64,000 nucleotides of DNA from Paraphysomonas bandaiensis (lineage: Eukaryota; Protista; Chrysophyceae), in contig CBFFRP010000348.1 of NCBI GenBank assembly GCA_965644295.1, positions 1 to 64,000 on the forward strand, written 5' to 3'. Made by a program: the position numbers and the translations under genes. Under the pieces are notes generated by a model that was not told where the DNA came from, ran no database searches, and worked only from the letters and a program-made list of their open reading frames with translations. Below are positions 13,527 to 25,262 of this stretch, in pieces; within the stretch, counting starts at the first letter, position 1, and each line of letters begins with the position of its first letter.

Positions 13527-15388
13527 TCATCTGATACCCGTAACTTCGTTACGACGTATCATTAACATTTTCTAACAAAGGATTTACCCCAAAGCTCTGC
13601 TTCGGGAAGGAGTCACTCCGCTTCCGTTTCTTACAGCATAAATTAGACAGAGACAACCAGCAATTCACTCTCAATTCCTATTAAGAAAACATGTCACATA
13701 TGTATGTCGCAGAAAACAAGCATCGTACCGTGTCTAAATTCACATCTGTCAATACCATCAAACCCCATAAAATATTGTCAAAACAGTTAGAGATAGGCGA
13801 AATACCACTCACCTCGTGTCTCGGGTAGAAAATAGGTGCATAATACAGCCAGAAAATTGAGAGAAGCCAGTATTATACCTACCTCCCTGACTGAGAGTTG
13901 TGAGGTGTTGGCTACAAATGGCGAACAGAATGCCCCAATACGGGATATGCAGTACGCAATCGAGTGTCCTCTCGCCCGTAGGTGGGTTGGGAAAAATTCC
14001 GGCGTTGCAACCCACTTGGCTGTGATAGCACATTGCTCAGATAGTCTGGCTGCCACTGCAACCACGGCCAGGCCCGCAAACGGCATTTTCCACCCTAAGA
14101 GGAACATTGCACACCCAGCGAAAGCAAACATACTAGTCTGCGATGTAACACGTCCCCAACGATTAATGACAAGCGAAGTCATTCCCACACCTGCAGCCTC
14201 GGCTACTGCACTAAGAAATATAGGCAGGTAGTAGAAACTGCAAGTTCCGTCTCCATCGTCGTCATCATCATCCCCATCACTGTCTTGTTCAAATATGCGG
14301 GTTATAAATATAACAACGCTATAATAGCAGAATCCCACACAGAACCATACTGTCCACACAGTGAGGGCTAATTCCCGAAGTTCCGGCTTAAAGAATTCCA
14401 TCACACTGTGTTCTTCCTTAACCGTCGTATCTTCAACCACAGGACGTATTACGAATGGCTCAAGAGTAATGCCATTGAGCTCCGCAGAGGAACGGATAAT
14501 AGCTTCAGCTTCTTCCAGGCGTCCTTGGCTCACCAGCCATCTAGGGCTTTCTGGAAGCACAATGATAGAAGCCACCGAAGCAATTGCCACAGGCACTACA
14601 CACATACTAGTGAAAAAACAGAGACGATAACACAAAATAGCTGACCAGCCGTCACAATTGCCACTACTCGCCAACCCTGCACTGTCAAAAGCATCCACGC
14701 AATAGCCGCAACAAACATTGCCCCTTTGTATATACATTAAACTTTATCCATGCAATACGAAATAGCCCACCTATAGACCAGAAATATGAAATATATATCA
14801 AAAACTGCCCTCTCATTTCTCTTGGGACAAATTCCGCCAAAATATCAGCAGATATCGTTATTCCTCCGACTCCCACGCCAACCATGGCGCGAAATACCAA
14901 CAATGAAATATAATTCGGAGCAAACCCACTCAAAAAACCAGCAAGAGTAGTTATTGCCGCACCTGTTGACAATACATATCAACTCAAGCGCACCGCATAT
15001 ACATGAAAGCACTCTACCTAACATGAAGGCTTTCCGACGACCGTATTTATCAGCGATATTACCCCAAAACAATGACCCAACAAGAGCCCCAGCAAACACC
15101 ACACTGATTATAAGGGCGATCTCACTCTCTGTAAGGTCCCAATCAGCACCAGCACATGTGGATATAAACGATAGAAGCATGACCTCCTGTTCCCCATGAT
15201 ATGATTAGTAATGAACCCTATGAATGTATGGTTGTTACCATCCCATCACTCATATAGTTGAGCCCGCATATTATTAATAGACGATACTGGAAGTATCCTA
15301 TAGGGATAGTCTCCAGGATATCATCAAAGGGTGTTCCTGGTATGTCTTGAGGGGTATGTTTGTTGTCAGATCCATTGGTGTCTGACAT
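13527..15388 (-). CDS. MFS transporter (SVOP/organic cation-like), multi-exon
   Basis: GNIADKYGRRKAF, EFVPREMRG, LPESPRWL, INRWGR, PEFFPTHLRARG and LPETRG, with multiple hydrophobic helices. Start and stop were inferred by eye. Confidence 0.85.
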
Positions 15389-15761
15389 GGTGTTGTATGG
15401 TGATTATTTATGGAGCATAAGGCTGGTGATACTCTGTGTACATGTATATATATATGAACATCACTGCAGTGGATGCATGTACAGTACCAAATATATGTAC
15501 ACGTACTGTGTGTAGGAGACGCAACACCAAGAGAGTGTATGTCCTTCATACTCCTATGGGAACTCTATATGTAGTAGTGAAAATCCATAATTTTTTCGTT
15601 GTATCTCTCGAAATACTGGGATTTTATGTTCTAAAGTTCCTAAAAGTGGAATAATAGCTAGATCCTACTCTGTATGTACAGTATGATATAGCAGCAGTGT
15701 GTAAGTGTTTATATATATGAACTCTAGTGTTCATAGCAGTTGATAACAACCCACCCCACTC

Positions 15762-17159
15762 ATGAGTCTTCTAGTATCAAAATACATTCATCGTGGAATC
15801 TCTAGTGTACGGAGATATTCCTCAAACATCTTGATTGATTCACTGGGCGCTCATGCCTACACAGACCCCTCTTTATACGAGAAGGAGCGCAGGACTCTTC
15901 TAGGCCCCTCATGGCAACTATTCACCCATGAATCAAGACTCATAGCAGACAGTGATAAGGCACCAGCGACTTATGTAGCTGAAACTTTCTGTGGTTGGCC
16001 AGCTATTGCTGTGAGAAGCAGCAAAACAGGAGAGATCAGAGCGTATCATAACATATGTCGGCATAAGGCTGGTCCTTTAGAATGGGATAATTCAGAGGGA
16101 AAGTGTGCATTGCACGGATTAAAGTGCAAATATCATGGGTGGACTTACTCGGTCGATGGTGAGCTTAGAGGTGTACCAGGATTCGGTGAGGACGGTCGGA
16201 CGCAGCTGAACAAATCTGATTACAACCTGTGGCCCATGCGAGTGGCAGTATGGCGAGGACTAGTTTTCGTGCAAGCCTTACCATCACCAGGGGTTCCAAT
16301 GAGTGGACCAGAGGCTAATGACGCCTTTGTGAGAGAAAATGCGGGCTTTTGCAAGCACTTAGAAGAGGTTCCTCTCGAAGACTTTGAATTTAAAATTGCC
16401 AAGACCCACTCCCTCAAATGCAATTGGAAGGTATGTGTTTAGTTGTTTTTGGTCATGTCGGTAAAATTAAATTTTGCTTCGTGTTTGTAATTGGACAGGT
16501 TTATGTTGAGAACTATTTAGAGGGGTACCACATTCCGACAATCCATCCAGGTCTTAGCAAAGAGGTCGACATGCAAGGCTACCGCGTTAAAGTACACGAT
16601 GGCTTCGTGGAGCACATTGCTCCCACACTTCCTGAAGCTGGAAGCGCGTATAAGGTTGCACTTTGCGTCATATATACATCACCTACCGCTTGTTCTTTAC
16701 ATGTTGCATCGATTGTGCAATAATGGGTAAATGTATGCTGAAGTAATTACGTTAACGTATTTGAGATAGGGACTATGGGTGTGGAACAGCCCCACTCTTG
16801 CTGTGAACTGGTATGGAGCAGGCTTAAGTCTAGAGCGTATTGTTCCAATGGGTGTGGGGTCCACTGAAATACGATATATGTTTCTTTATCACAAAGTATC
16901 TGGTGCGCCGCAGAGCGAGTGGCAGCATGCATTAGACACATCCAAGGAGGTACTGAGATGAAAGTTTGTTGATATATCGTCGCCATTAAATGTACGTATA
17001 TGTATTTCATAGGTGACCGAGGAAGACATCGGTGTGTGTGAGGCGGTACAGAAAGGATTGGACAGTGGTGGATATATCAGTCCAGGAAAGCTCTCCCCAA
17101 GGCATGAGCAAGGAATTGCATATTTCCAACAAATTATTAGAGATACACACGCTAAATAA
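15762..17159 (+). CDS. Rieske non-heme iron oxygenase alpha subunit (choline monooxygenase/CntA-like), 4 exons
   Basis: Rieske ligands NICRHKA and CKYHGWTY; CNWKVYVENYLEGYHIPTIH mononuclear Fe site; EEDIGVCEAVQKGL. The N-terminus is Ser/Arg-rich, like a transit peptide. Confidence 0.88.
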
Positions 17160-17633
17160 CAGTCGACCAGAAGAAATTGTGTGAGAAGAAACATTTGCCT
17201 AAATAAAGTCTAGTGACATTACACTGGCAATTTATCGTAGTGTTACTAATTTGTGAGATCGTAGGTCCAACAGCCAACAGTCAAACCATTAATCAAATTT
17301 CCTTATCCAACATTACTACTGCTTATCTCTACGGTTCTAACATCTAACACATTTTAGCTAAACTTACCAGTATGATGTATATTTGTATAGAACTAAGAGG
17401 TAAAATTGTACACACGTATTGGTCGCATACCTCAAGTACAGTGGAGCACATGCAACCCACTTCAATTTGAAAAGTAATCGTATCGTGTTACGCTACTTCA
17501 AACTTTTGAGAAAGCAACATACCTGTATATTATTACATTGGAAATACTAAAACTTTATAGTTGTATAAGTAAAGCAATTAAATCGCCAAAAAACGAAGCC
17601 ATTAATGTGTCCAAAGTAATACCTCCCACTGTT

Positions 17634-19549
17634 CTACAGAGTTGCTACCCACTGCTTGTATTTAACACAGGCCGCTGCAAGTCCAGCATCATTGCTGTCG
17701 GCGACTACCTCATCACCGTGCACTAATATCACACGCATGTCAAGGTCCACAGAGGTACCAGGAGAGTATTTGGGGCCCTTGGCCACAGCCTCATCATACG
17801 CGATGTGTTCAGCCTCAACTACCTCTTCTACAGTCCGCTGCAATTCCTGCACCCATGAGTCTGAAGAGAGTGGAGAGCCAGTAAGTTTTTGAACAAGGTC
17901 CAGAAACTTGGCACTGTTGCCAGGCTTCCAGTAGACCTCCGCTAGGTCCCTTCCGACCCTCTCGTCATCAACTAATCCACCGTAGGTGTCCATAAAATAA
18001 CGACGAGTCTGATGTACACTCATCTCAGCCAAGACATAGCCATGATAGTATGCGGCACTCTCGTCTGCTAAAATGTGAGGGACACTGATTAGAGGGCGCC
18101 CGGACCGTCCTCCCTGGATCTCTACTTCTACGTCTGCGGCCAATTGGACGACCCGCTCAGGAGTAACATCCTCTTCCGCCAATTCGTAGAGGCGTTTTTC
18201 AAAATAAGGAACTGCTAGCATACCACGAAGCATGAATACCTAATCCCGTTCACACATAAGCAACAGAAACACAAAGCATCGCGAAAGAACAGCAGAATCG
18301 AGATACGCACCTTATAAGCGTGCGTGGCACGTATTTCCTTCTCGATAATGTCCCATGGAATTGGTTCTCCCTCCCTAGATCTTGCGTATCGTCCCATCCA
18401 TGCGGCATCCCCAACTAAAGAGTCGAGAACCATCGACTGGTTTTCAGCGTATGCAACACTTGTAGGGGCACGCTCCTGAGAAAAGAGAGGACTTCCTTGC
18501 ACTACATTCGCAAAATGTGCTGCATGACCACCCTCATGCATGAGCGTCGTCAGAGCGGTATTGCCTGATCCTACTTCTCGTGGTGAAGCAAGAGAGGTGA
18601 AATTAGCCTGAGAAGGGACCCATTCTCCAGTCTGCACTTTCCAAGCGGGCTGTGGCCAGTGGCAAAAACCATTGCTATACTTACCTGGCCTATCACACAA
18701 GTCCAATCGCATAGTTGAACCACGGTAGGAAATACCCAATGCAGCAAAGCTGCGAGCCCATATGTCAACCGCATCTTCAAACGGAAAGTATGGGTCCTTG
18801 AGTTTCGATATGTCGCCTGACATCATGTAAGACATGTTATGAGCTTCTAACGCGGAGGAGCCCTTTTCAGCAGCAAGCGTCTGCAGTGCTTGGTGCATAA
18901 TTGGACGGGTGTCTCGTTCCAGAGAGTCCAGGATCTCAAACAACGCATTCTTGTTGAATCCTTCAGCTTGAGAGACTTTCATGTCGTAAAAGCATTCATA
19001 TCCCAGGCGCCGAGCAAGTTGGTTGCGGAGAATAACAATCTCACAAAACTTTTCAGCAACAAACGGACCAATACTACGAAGACCCTCCAGACACGATGCA
19101 CGAATATTTTCATCATCACAAGTTCTCATTAGATTTCGCAATGTGACTGATGATGCCTTCACAAAGTTACCACTACTATCCGTGTATCCAAGAGTCATAT
19201 GGTTCCTAGCCTCCTCTAACTCAGTCTCTAAACGAGTGATCTTCTCCTTCAGCTCCAGTGCAGCTTTATCCTCAATAATATAACACTTCAGTGTATCTTC
19301 AAAGCACTTTAATATAGTCGCTTGAGTAGGAGTGACCTCTTGTTTCATCATATCTCTCACTTGAGATAATAGAGAGACATCACCAAGAAACTTATCTAAC
19401 TCTGTCTTTGTTTGAGCGAGTTGTTGTCCAGAGCAACCAGAGAGGTTCATCTTAGTGGCCCAGAAGTTATCTTCATATGCTCTGTGTTTGGATTCATAGG
19501 AGCGGTTGAATGATAGTATGAAGTCATCCACTGTGACTGTGGTGCTCAT
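17634..19549 (-). CDS. M3-family zinc oligopeptidase, 2 exons
   Basis: LARRLGY, RPGKYSNGFCHWP, HEGGHAAH (HExxH), AENQSM and AYYHGYVLAEM. True start is probably MSTTVTVDD at 19549; the upstream YVCM run is microsatellite. Confidence 0.88.
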
Positions 19550-19699
19550 TAGACGATTGAATCGATGAGACCGAAAGACTGTACGGAGAAGATGAAGAGA
19601 CGGAATTGTGAAGTGAAGTGGAAGATAATGAAAACAAAACCAATGGAAAAGTATGCGAAAAGAAAGATAAACATATGTGACTTCACTACACACGCACTT

Positions 19700-19877
19700 C
19701 ATACATACATACATACATACATACATACATACATACATACATACATACATACATACATACATACATACATACATACATACATACATACATACATACATAC
19801 ATACATACATACATACATACATACATACATACATACATACATACATACATACATACATACATACATACATACATACA

Positions 19878-19908
<31 letters not shown>

Positions 19909-20083
19909 GTACATACCTACCTACCTACCTACCTACCTACCTACCTACCTACATACATACATACATACATACATACATACATACATACATACATACATAC
20001 ATACATACATACATACATACATACATACATACATACATACATACATACATACATACATACATACATACATACATACATACATA
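19700..20083. repeat. (ATAC)n microsatellite with internal (CTAC)n block
   Basis: About 380 bp of tetranucleotide repeat, seen directly. Confidence 0.98.
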
Positions 20084-20238
20084 GCCACAAACTGTATTCT
20101 GCCCCGTATTTTCTGTATTGTGTAACTGATCTCTGTATACCCTCCTGCACATACATGTCTGCATATCTAGATACTCAGTGCACTTAACTGTATCAGTTAT
20201 TATCACTCAAATACTCATTACTCTCTTACATAGCAGTC

Positions 20239-23200
20239 ATGGTCAGTTCCCTCCAAGGTGTGACAATACACAGAGCAAAGGATTTAGCCAATAAAGACGT
20301 ATTCGATAAATCAGATCCTTATTGTGTGGTGAGAATCGGACAGCGCGGAGAGAGTTGGGCCTCTAAGTTCATATCCTCTCAGGGAACACAATGGCGAAGT
20401 TATTCTGTTCAAAATCAGTTAAATCCTGAATGGAATTTATCATTTAGTTGTGATAAGGATGCTGAGTGGCTTCAAGCGGGTCGGTTCATAGGTAGAGAGG
20501 TACATGTCAGGGTATATGATGATGATACACTCGGTGATGATTTTCTGGGTGAGATTATAGTACCTATACCTGATAGTGGAGAGTGTGAGAGAACCTGGGA
20601 GACACTTGCTGGGGCGAAGGATGTTCAAGGTGCTGTTGAGTATAGTTTCTTTACAGATATCACGAGCGTGTTGGGTGAAAAGGGTGACACTGTGTTGAAT
20701 GGCACCGGAACTGCTGATACATCGCCAGTAAGTTATGCCCTAAATATATTTTCTTCGTGGTTGGATGTGTTCTCAGAGGATTCTGAGGAACGCTTTCTAG
20801 ATATCGTTGGGATGGCATTGTCTTGTATGTCCGACAATGAGAAGAGCAAACAAAGCGATGGGCCGTGCATAGAGTACTATCGCTTTCTCTTCATGGAGTA
20901 TCTACAATCTGAGCCGAGCTCTTTATTTTTGCAATATTCAGGAGATGGAGGTAAGACTGCAACAGGGGTTTTTGGTGGTAATTGCACAATGATTTTGGAG
21001 CATGAGGCCGTGAAAACTGAAATGTCATCGTTTTGTCAAAGATGGATTAATGGAGAAATATTTCGAGACAATAATTTCGGTGTGTTTCTTTTTAATCACA
21101 CGGTATTTGGCGACGTTGCTAGTAAAAGCTTGACCTTGAATGTACCTCCTAAGCCACATGAACGTTTAATTAGACCTTTAATATCGTCCCGTGTCGGCAT
21201 CCGTACTCGATGGTCACCGGAGAGAATATATCAGAATGCCTGTTCTTTCTTCGATGATTTAATACAATCTGGCAAACCTTTTTTATCGCAAGCTGATTCT
21301 GCAAGGTGGAGTACTAAGTTTCTTTGGAAGGTTGTTCTCAATCGTGATATCACGGATGGGCAAGCAGTACTTTTTTCTGGGTACATGCGTAAGATCCTAA
21401 GGATATCTATTTTACCCGAGTGGTTAGTTGAACATAATTTTTTTGATAAAGCCTTAGAGGTTGAGGAGACAATTAATTTTCGTCGGGACTTCATTGCTGG
21501 TATCAAGACGGAATTGATCTCAGATCTTCCTGAAGATTTTCCAGCGAGCGACCTGAATCTTCAGGCAGCTGCATTGTTCGACATGCTGTTCTTCGCCGCA
21601 GGTACGGGTGTACCCTCAACCATTACTCGCGTCTTGGCCATGATGGATATGCCGGATTCTCCTGCCAAAGAAGTTGAGCTCAGTGTTGATAACCTATTGG
21701 GGTATATAATGGAAGTGATTCGCCTGCACCCTCTGGTGAATGGTTGCGCATACTACACAGATGAGAGTTGCACTGAAAGAGTAGTGCTGTCAACTGCGTG
21801 TGCTAACCGCGACCACACTGCCTGGGGGGAAGATGCTAACAAGTTCCGCATTCGCAGTATGGAAGACTATAGCAACAAAATGTTTAACTTCATTGAACCC
21901 GTTATTGATCCAAGCAATTCTTCTAACGACCGGAGCTGTCCAGGGAAAGACTTAGCCCTGAATATGGTTCATGGATTTATAAAAGCATTTCTTGAACGAA
22001 GGTCTAAGTTTACTTTATCTGAAGAGGAAGCGGGCAAGATTACACGAAGTAAATTCAACAGGCCGATATTTAATGTTCAATGGAAGTATAAATCGCCCAA
22101 TGTGGAGGAAGCGCCACTTACTCTAGATTCTATTCTTGAGGGTGATGCCAATGGAGCTAAGAGACTCAGTAATATTGCGCCTGCCCAGTTGACGAAATTA
22201 TTTTCTGAACTAAAAAGTGGTACGAAATTGGATCAAGTTGACGACTTCACTAAGTTCTTTTACAAATTTGGATGTAAAAAGAGGGAAATCTTTGAAAAGG
22301 GAAAAGGAGATCAAGGAAAGAAGACGATCGGGCAGATATGTTTACCGAAACCTCCACGCAAATTAGCATATTTTATGCTGCCCGGTGTCGATGGCATTGG
22401 GATCCCAAAAGATGATGAGGATTGGGAAGACAAAACTTTTTTTCAAAAAGTGTATTTGATTAGTAATGCGACCTTAGTTTTGACGTGGATGAAAATATTG
22501 AATAAGAGCGATTCTACTATTTACTTCGACAGTATCGAAGAAGGTCTGTTGATGAAGGAGCTGGTATTTCAAAATGAGGTACCTGAAAGTTACGACTTTA
22601 TTTCCAATTGGGGTACAGATGAAGAGATATCGACACACGCCTTCGCGGGTCTCGGTCAGACATACCTTCGGCGTGTTGAAGGCGCCGAAGATGAGAAGTA
22701 CGAAGTAGATTTGACTCACTTGGCACCTCTAGAAGTTCGTGATGGATTTGAAAGATATGGAGCGCGGGCGGTTTTCAAAAAAGACAGGAGTATTGATTTC
22801 ATTCATGTTTCATCACTGGGAAAGGATGTACACCCGAATGATAACGATTGGGAGTTTGCTAAGTGGACTTGGAAAGTATCTTTGTGTTTTTCTATCACAG
22901 CTGTGAATCACTTGGTTCACACCCACTGGATGATATCAAACTGTGCTCATATTGCATGTCGAACTGAACTTGGTGAAGATCATCCAGTGCGTCGAGTTAT
23001 GAAGGTGTTTTTGTTTAACACTGGTGCTATAAATAGCTCTAGTACCTTGTTGTTATATCCAGAAGATCAGTTGCTGCATCGTATGTCTGGTTTGACGCAT
23101 GCTGGAATGGTGAAAGGGTTTGATAGCGCCGTTGCGTGTTTTAAGTATGAGACTTTTCCTGATTATCTCAACTCTAAGCAGCTGGGTGAAGATCTACAGA

Positions 23201-23787
23201 CCTCTCTGCCTATATACACAGATGCATTGCCTGTGTGGGACACATTGCTAAAGTTCTTTACAAATTATGTTGCACTTTTTTATACTGATGATGCTGCTGT
23301 TCAATCCGACCTTCAGTTAGTTCAGTTCTGGGACTGTGTCGAGAACCGAGGGCGTTTCGGGTGCACACATACGTACGGGTTACCTGCTCTCACTCGCAAT
23401 AACCTCGTAAATTATCTAACTCACGTTGCTTTCACTGTGTCATGCTGGCACGAATTTGTTGGTGGAATGATTCAGTATTGTGATTCCCCTAACGCATTGG
23501 GATTTAGCATTCGTTCAGATAAGACACAAATGGATGTTCAACAATTCGTCAATGTTTTGGTTTTGATTGGGCTAACCGGGCGCGCTAACCCTCGCCTAAT
23601 GGAAAATTGGAAGCATCTGTTACCATCCCATCCTGAAGCAGCTAAGCTGCACCAGACATTAATAGAAGATCTGGAAAAGCTATCAGCTGCCGTGGACAAG
23701 CGTAACGAAGGTGCAGAAGCAACACCCCGTATGCGAGCATTCAATGCGTTCAATCCTAAGTATTTTGAAACGTCGGTTTCCATATAA
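20239..23787 (+). CDS. C2 domain + CYP74-clan-like cytochrome P450 + lipoxygenase fusion protein (1182 aa, intronless)
   Basis: C2: AKDLANKDVFDKSDPY...LNPEWN...VYDDDTLGDDFLGE. P450: I-helix FFAAGTG, E492-x-x-R (MEVIRLHP), ANRD..WG..ANKFR and heme Cys567 (DRSCPGKDLA). LOX: WEFAK, H891/H896 (HLVHTHW), HPV, H1071 and C-terminal SVSI. Confidence 0.9.
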   Translation: MVSSLQGVTIHRAKDLANKDVFDKSDPYCVVRIGQRGESWASKFISSQGTQWRSYSVQNQLNPEWNLSFSCDKDAEWLQAGRFIGREVHVRVYDDDTLGDDFLGEIIVPIPDSGECERTWETLAGAKDVQGAVEYSFFTDITSVLGEKGDTVLNGTGTADTSPVSYALNIFSSWLDVFSEDSEERFLDIVGMALSCMSDNEKSKQSDGPCIEYYRFLFMEYLQSEPSSLFLQYSGDGGKTATGVFGGNCTMILEHEAVKTEMSSFCQRWINGEIFRDNNFGVFLFNHTVFGDVASKSLTLNVPPKPHERLIRPLISSRVGIRTRWSPERIYQNACSFFDDLIQSGKPFLSQADSARWSTKFLWKVVLNRDITDGQAVLFSGYMRKILRISILPEWLVEHNFFDKALEVEETINFRRDFIAGIKTELISDLPEDFPASDLNLQAAALFDMLFFAAGTGVPSTITRVLAMMDMPDSPAKEVELSVDNLLGYIMEVIRLHPLVNGCAYYTDESCTERVVLSTACANRDHTAWGEDANKFRIRSMEDYSNKMFNFIEPVIDPSNSSNDRSCPGKDLALNMVHGFIKAFLERRSKFTLSEEEAGKITRSKFNRPIFNVQWKYKSPNVEEAPLTLDSILEGDANGAKRLSNIAPAQLTKLFSELKSGTKLDQVDDFTKFFYKFGCKKREIFEKGKGDQGKKTIGQICLPKPPRKLAYFMLPGVDGIGIPKDDEDWEDKTFFQKVYLISNATLVLTWMKILNKSDSTIYFDSIEEGLLMKELVFQNEVPESYDFISNWGTDEEISTHAFAGLGQTYLRRVEGAEDEKYEVDLTHLAPLEVRDGFERYGARAVFKKDRSIDFIHVSSLGKDVHPNDNDWEFAKWTWKVSLCFSITAVNHLVHTHWMISNCAHIACRTELGEDHPVRRVMKVFLFNTGAINSSSTLLLYPEDQLLHRMSGLTHAGMVKGFDSAVACFKYETFPDYLNSKQLGEDLQTSLPIYTDALPVWDTLLKFFTNYVALFYTDDAAVQSDLQLVQFWDCVENRGRFGCTHTYGLPALTRNNLVNYLTHVAFTVSCWHEFVGGMIQYCDSPNALGFSIRSDKTQMDVQQFVNVLVLIGLTGRANPRLMENWKHLLPSHPEAAKLHQTLIEDLEKLSAAVDKRNEGAEATPRMRAFNAFNPKYFETSVSI

Positions 23788-24262
23788 TATTACTATATAA
23801 CCAAGAGCAACTTTGTGGGGAGAGAAATTCAGTACAGTACACAGATGGTGTCTGAAGGCATCATGGTGATTTTGTGAGCGATGTTGCTATGTTTATATTT
23901 AGTACTATATACATCACAAAGAGGCTTTTGATTCAAATACAATTTGATTAACATCCTACGGCGGGCTACCCTAATTACCTGACTGAAGATTCAATTTTAT
24001 TTACTTATAGCGTGTTATGTCGTCTACATGATGTAATTTTTACTGCACTAAAATAGTGTGCAATAATGAAACCAACACATTGTTGTAAAGGAATTAAATT
24101 CAGGTTATGATGCTTATATAAGATATTTATGGATATAGGATTGGAAGGGGGGAACTCCTCGTTTTTTATAATTATAATTCTTTATTCGAAGTACATTGTG
24201 TAGTAAGATTAAAATTTATATGTAGTGCAAGGTTAGCTTCAGTGGAACATCAAATCTTATAT

Positions 24263-24351
24263 ATGATTCCGTGAACATCCCTGCGTTTGAGGCATTACTA
24301 TCTTTTCTCAAAATAGTAATGCCTCAAATGCAGGGATGTTCACGGAATCAT
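24263..24351. repeat. 39-bp inverted repeat (hairpin, one mismatch, 11-nt loop)
   Basis: atgattccgtgaacatccctgcgtttgaggcattactat (24263-24301) versus atagtaatgcctcaaatgcagggatgttcacggaatcat (24313-24351). Confidence 0.92.
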
Positions 24352-24820
24352 GTGTGGACGTGATCATGTTTGACAAGTGACTGCGAACTTGATATGCAGC
24401 TAATTCTGTGTAGCCCTCATATGTATCCAATTCACCCACTGGCATGCCATGATAATTCAGATACGTATCTCCATAACGTTCGCGGGTTGATACCATGGTA
24501 GAAGACTCATCAGTAGAAATACTTATGCTTCTGCAATGAGGACATATAAACTGATTAGCAAAAATATCCGTTGCCTCAATGTTCGTGTAACAGTCATTAC
24601 ACATTGCGTAAGAACATATATTACAAGTTTTGATAAAATCACCATCACTTATTTCATTTAAACAAAGAGGACATTCGAATGGTATTGTTTCGTTTTGTTG
24701 TGATATGTTAATAACTTCTTTGACAACACAATTATCACCAACTCCAACAGCAGATTCATTATCACCAACTTCAACAGCAGATTCATTATCAACTCCAATA
24801 GCAGAATCATTATCACCAAC
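24308..24820 (-). pseudogene. RING-type (C4C4) zinc-finger exon or fragment with short acidic repeats
   Basis: The frame extends upstream of the listed ORF: (V)GDNESAV-like repeats, then CPLC...CNIC...CNDC...CPHC. It is preceded by an acceptor-like ttctgatttatttaacag, but no 5' exon is recognisable. Confidence 0.55.
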
Positions 24821-24899
24821 TGTTAAATAAATCAGAAAATGAAATTAATTATATATTAAATAAATATTGTAAGAGGTATATTAGCTCTTGTGCTACTTC

Positions 24900-25262
24900 G
24901 TACCCTTCAAGTGATGAAATATTTGAAGAATATATTACAAGAAATAATCTAAGAGAAAGAAAGAATGAAAATATATTCGTTAATTCATATTTATGGATTA
25001 AATTTTGGAAACCTATTTATTATGTTGTTGAAAACGGAGGAAATAAAAAAAAGATGAATACAAAAAAATGGAAATACTGCATAAATGTCATTGATAAATA
25101 AATTATTTATAATATTTTATTTTATAATGTAAATATATAATGAGTAAATACAAGAACTTAATAACTCAGTTGAACATTGATGAATCACTCACTAAGAAAA
25201 AAAAAGGCAAGAAGAAATTTAACAAAGTCAAACAGTCAATTCCTTTAGTTGAAGACTTAAAT
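24900..25262 (+). mobile_element. AT-rich virus-like (Polinton/PLV-type) remnant: an ORF tail plus the start of a truncated ORF
   Basis: ORF tail ending WKYCINVIDK* at about 25098, a short AT spacer, then MSKYKNLITQLNIDESLTKKKK...FNKVKQSIPLVEDLN from 25140, cut off at about 25260. The resemblance to Polinton-like rve-integrase N-termini is from memory only. Confidence 0.4.

Noticed and set aside
19565-20206. ORFs made of YIHT / MYVC repeats (also at about 40.1-40.6 kb and 52.4-53.0 kb)
   Set aside because: These are translations of the (ATAC)n microsatellite, which has no stop codons; they are not proteins.
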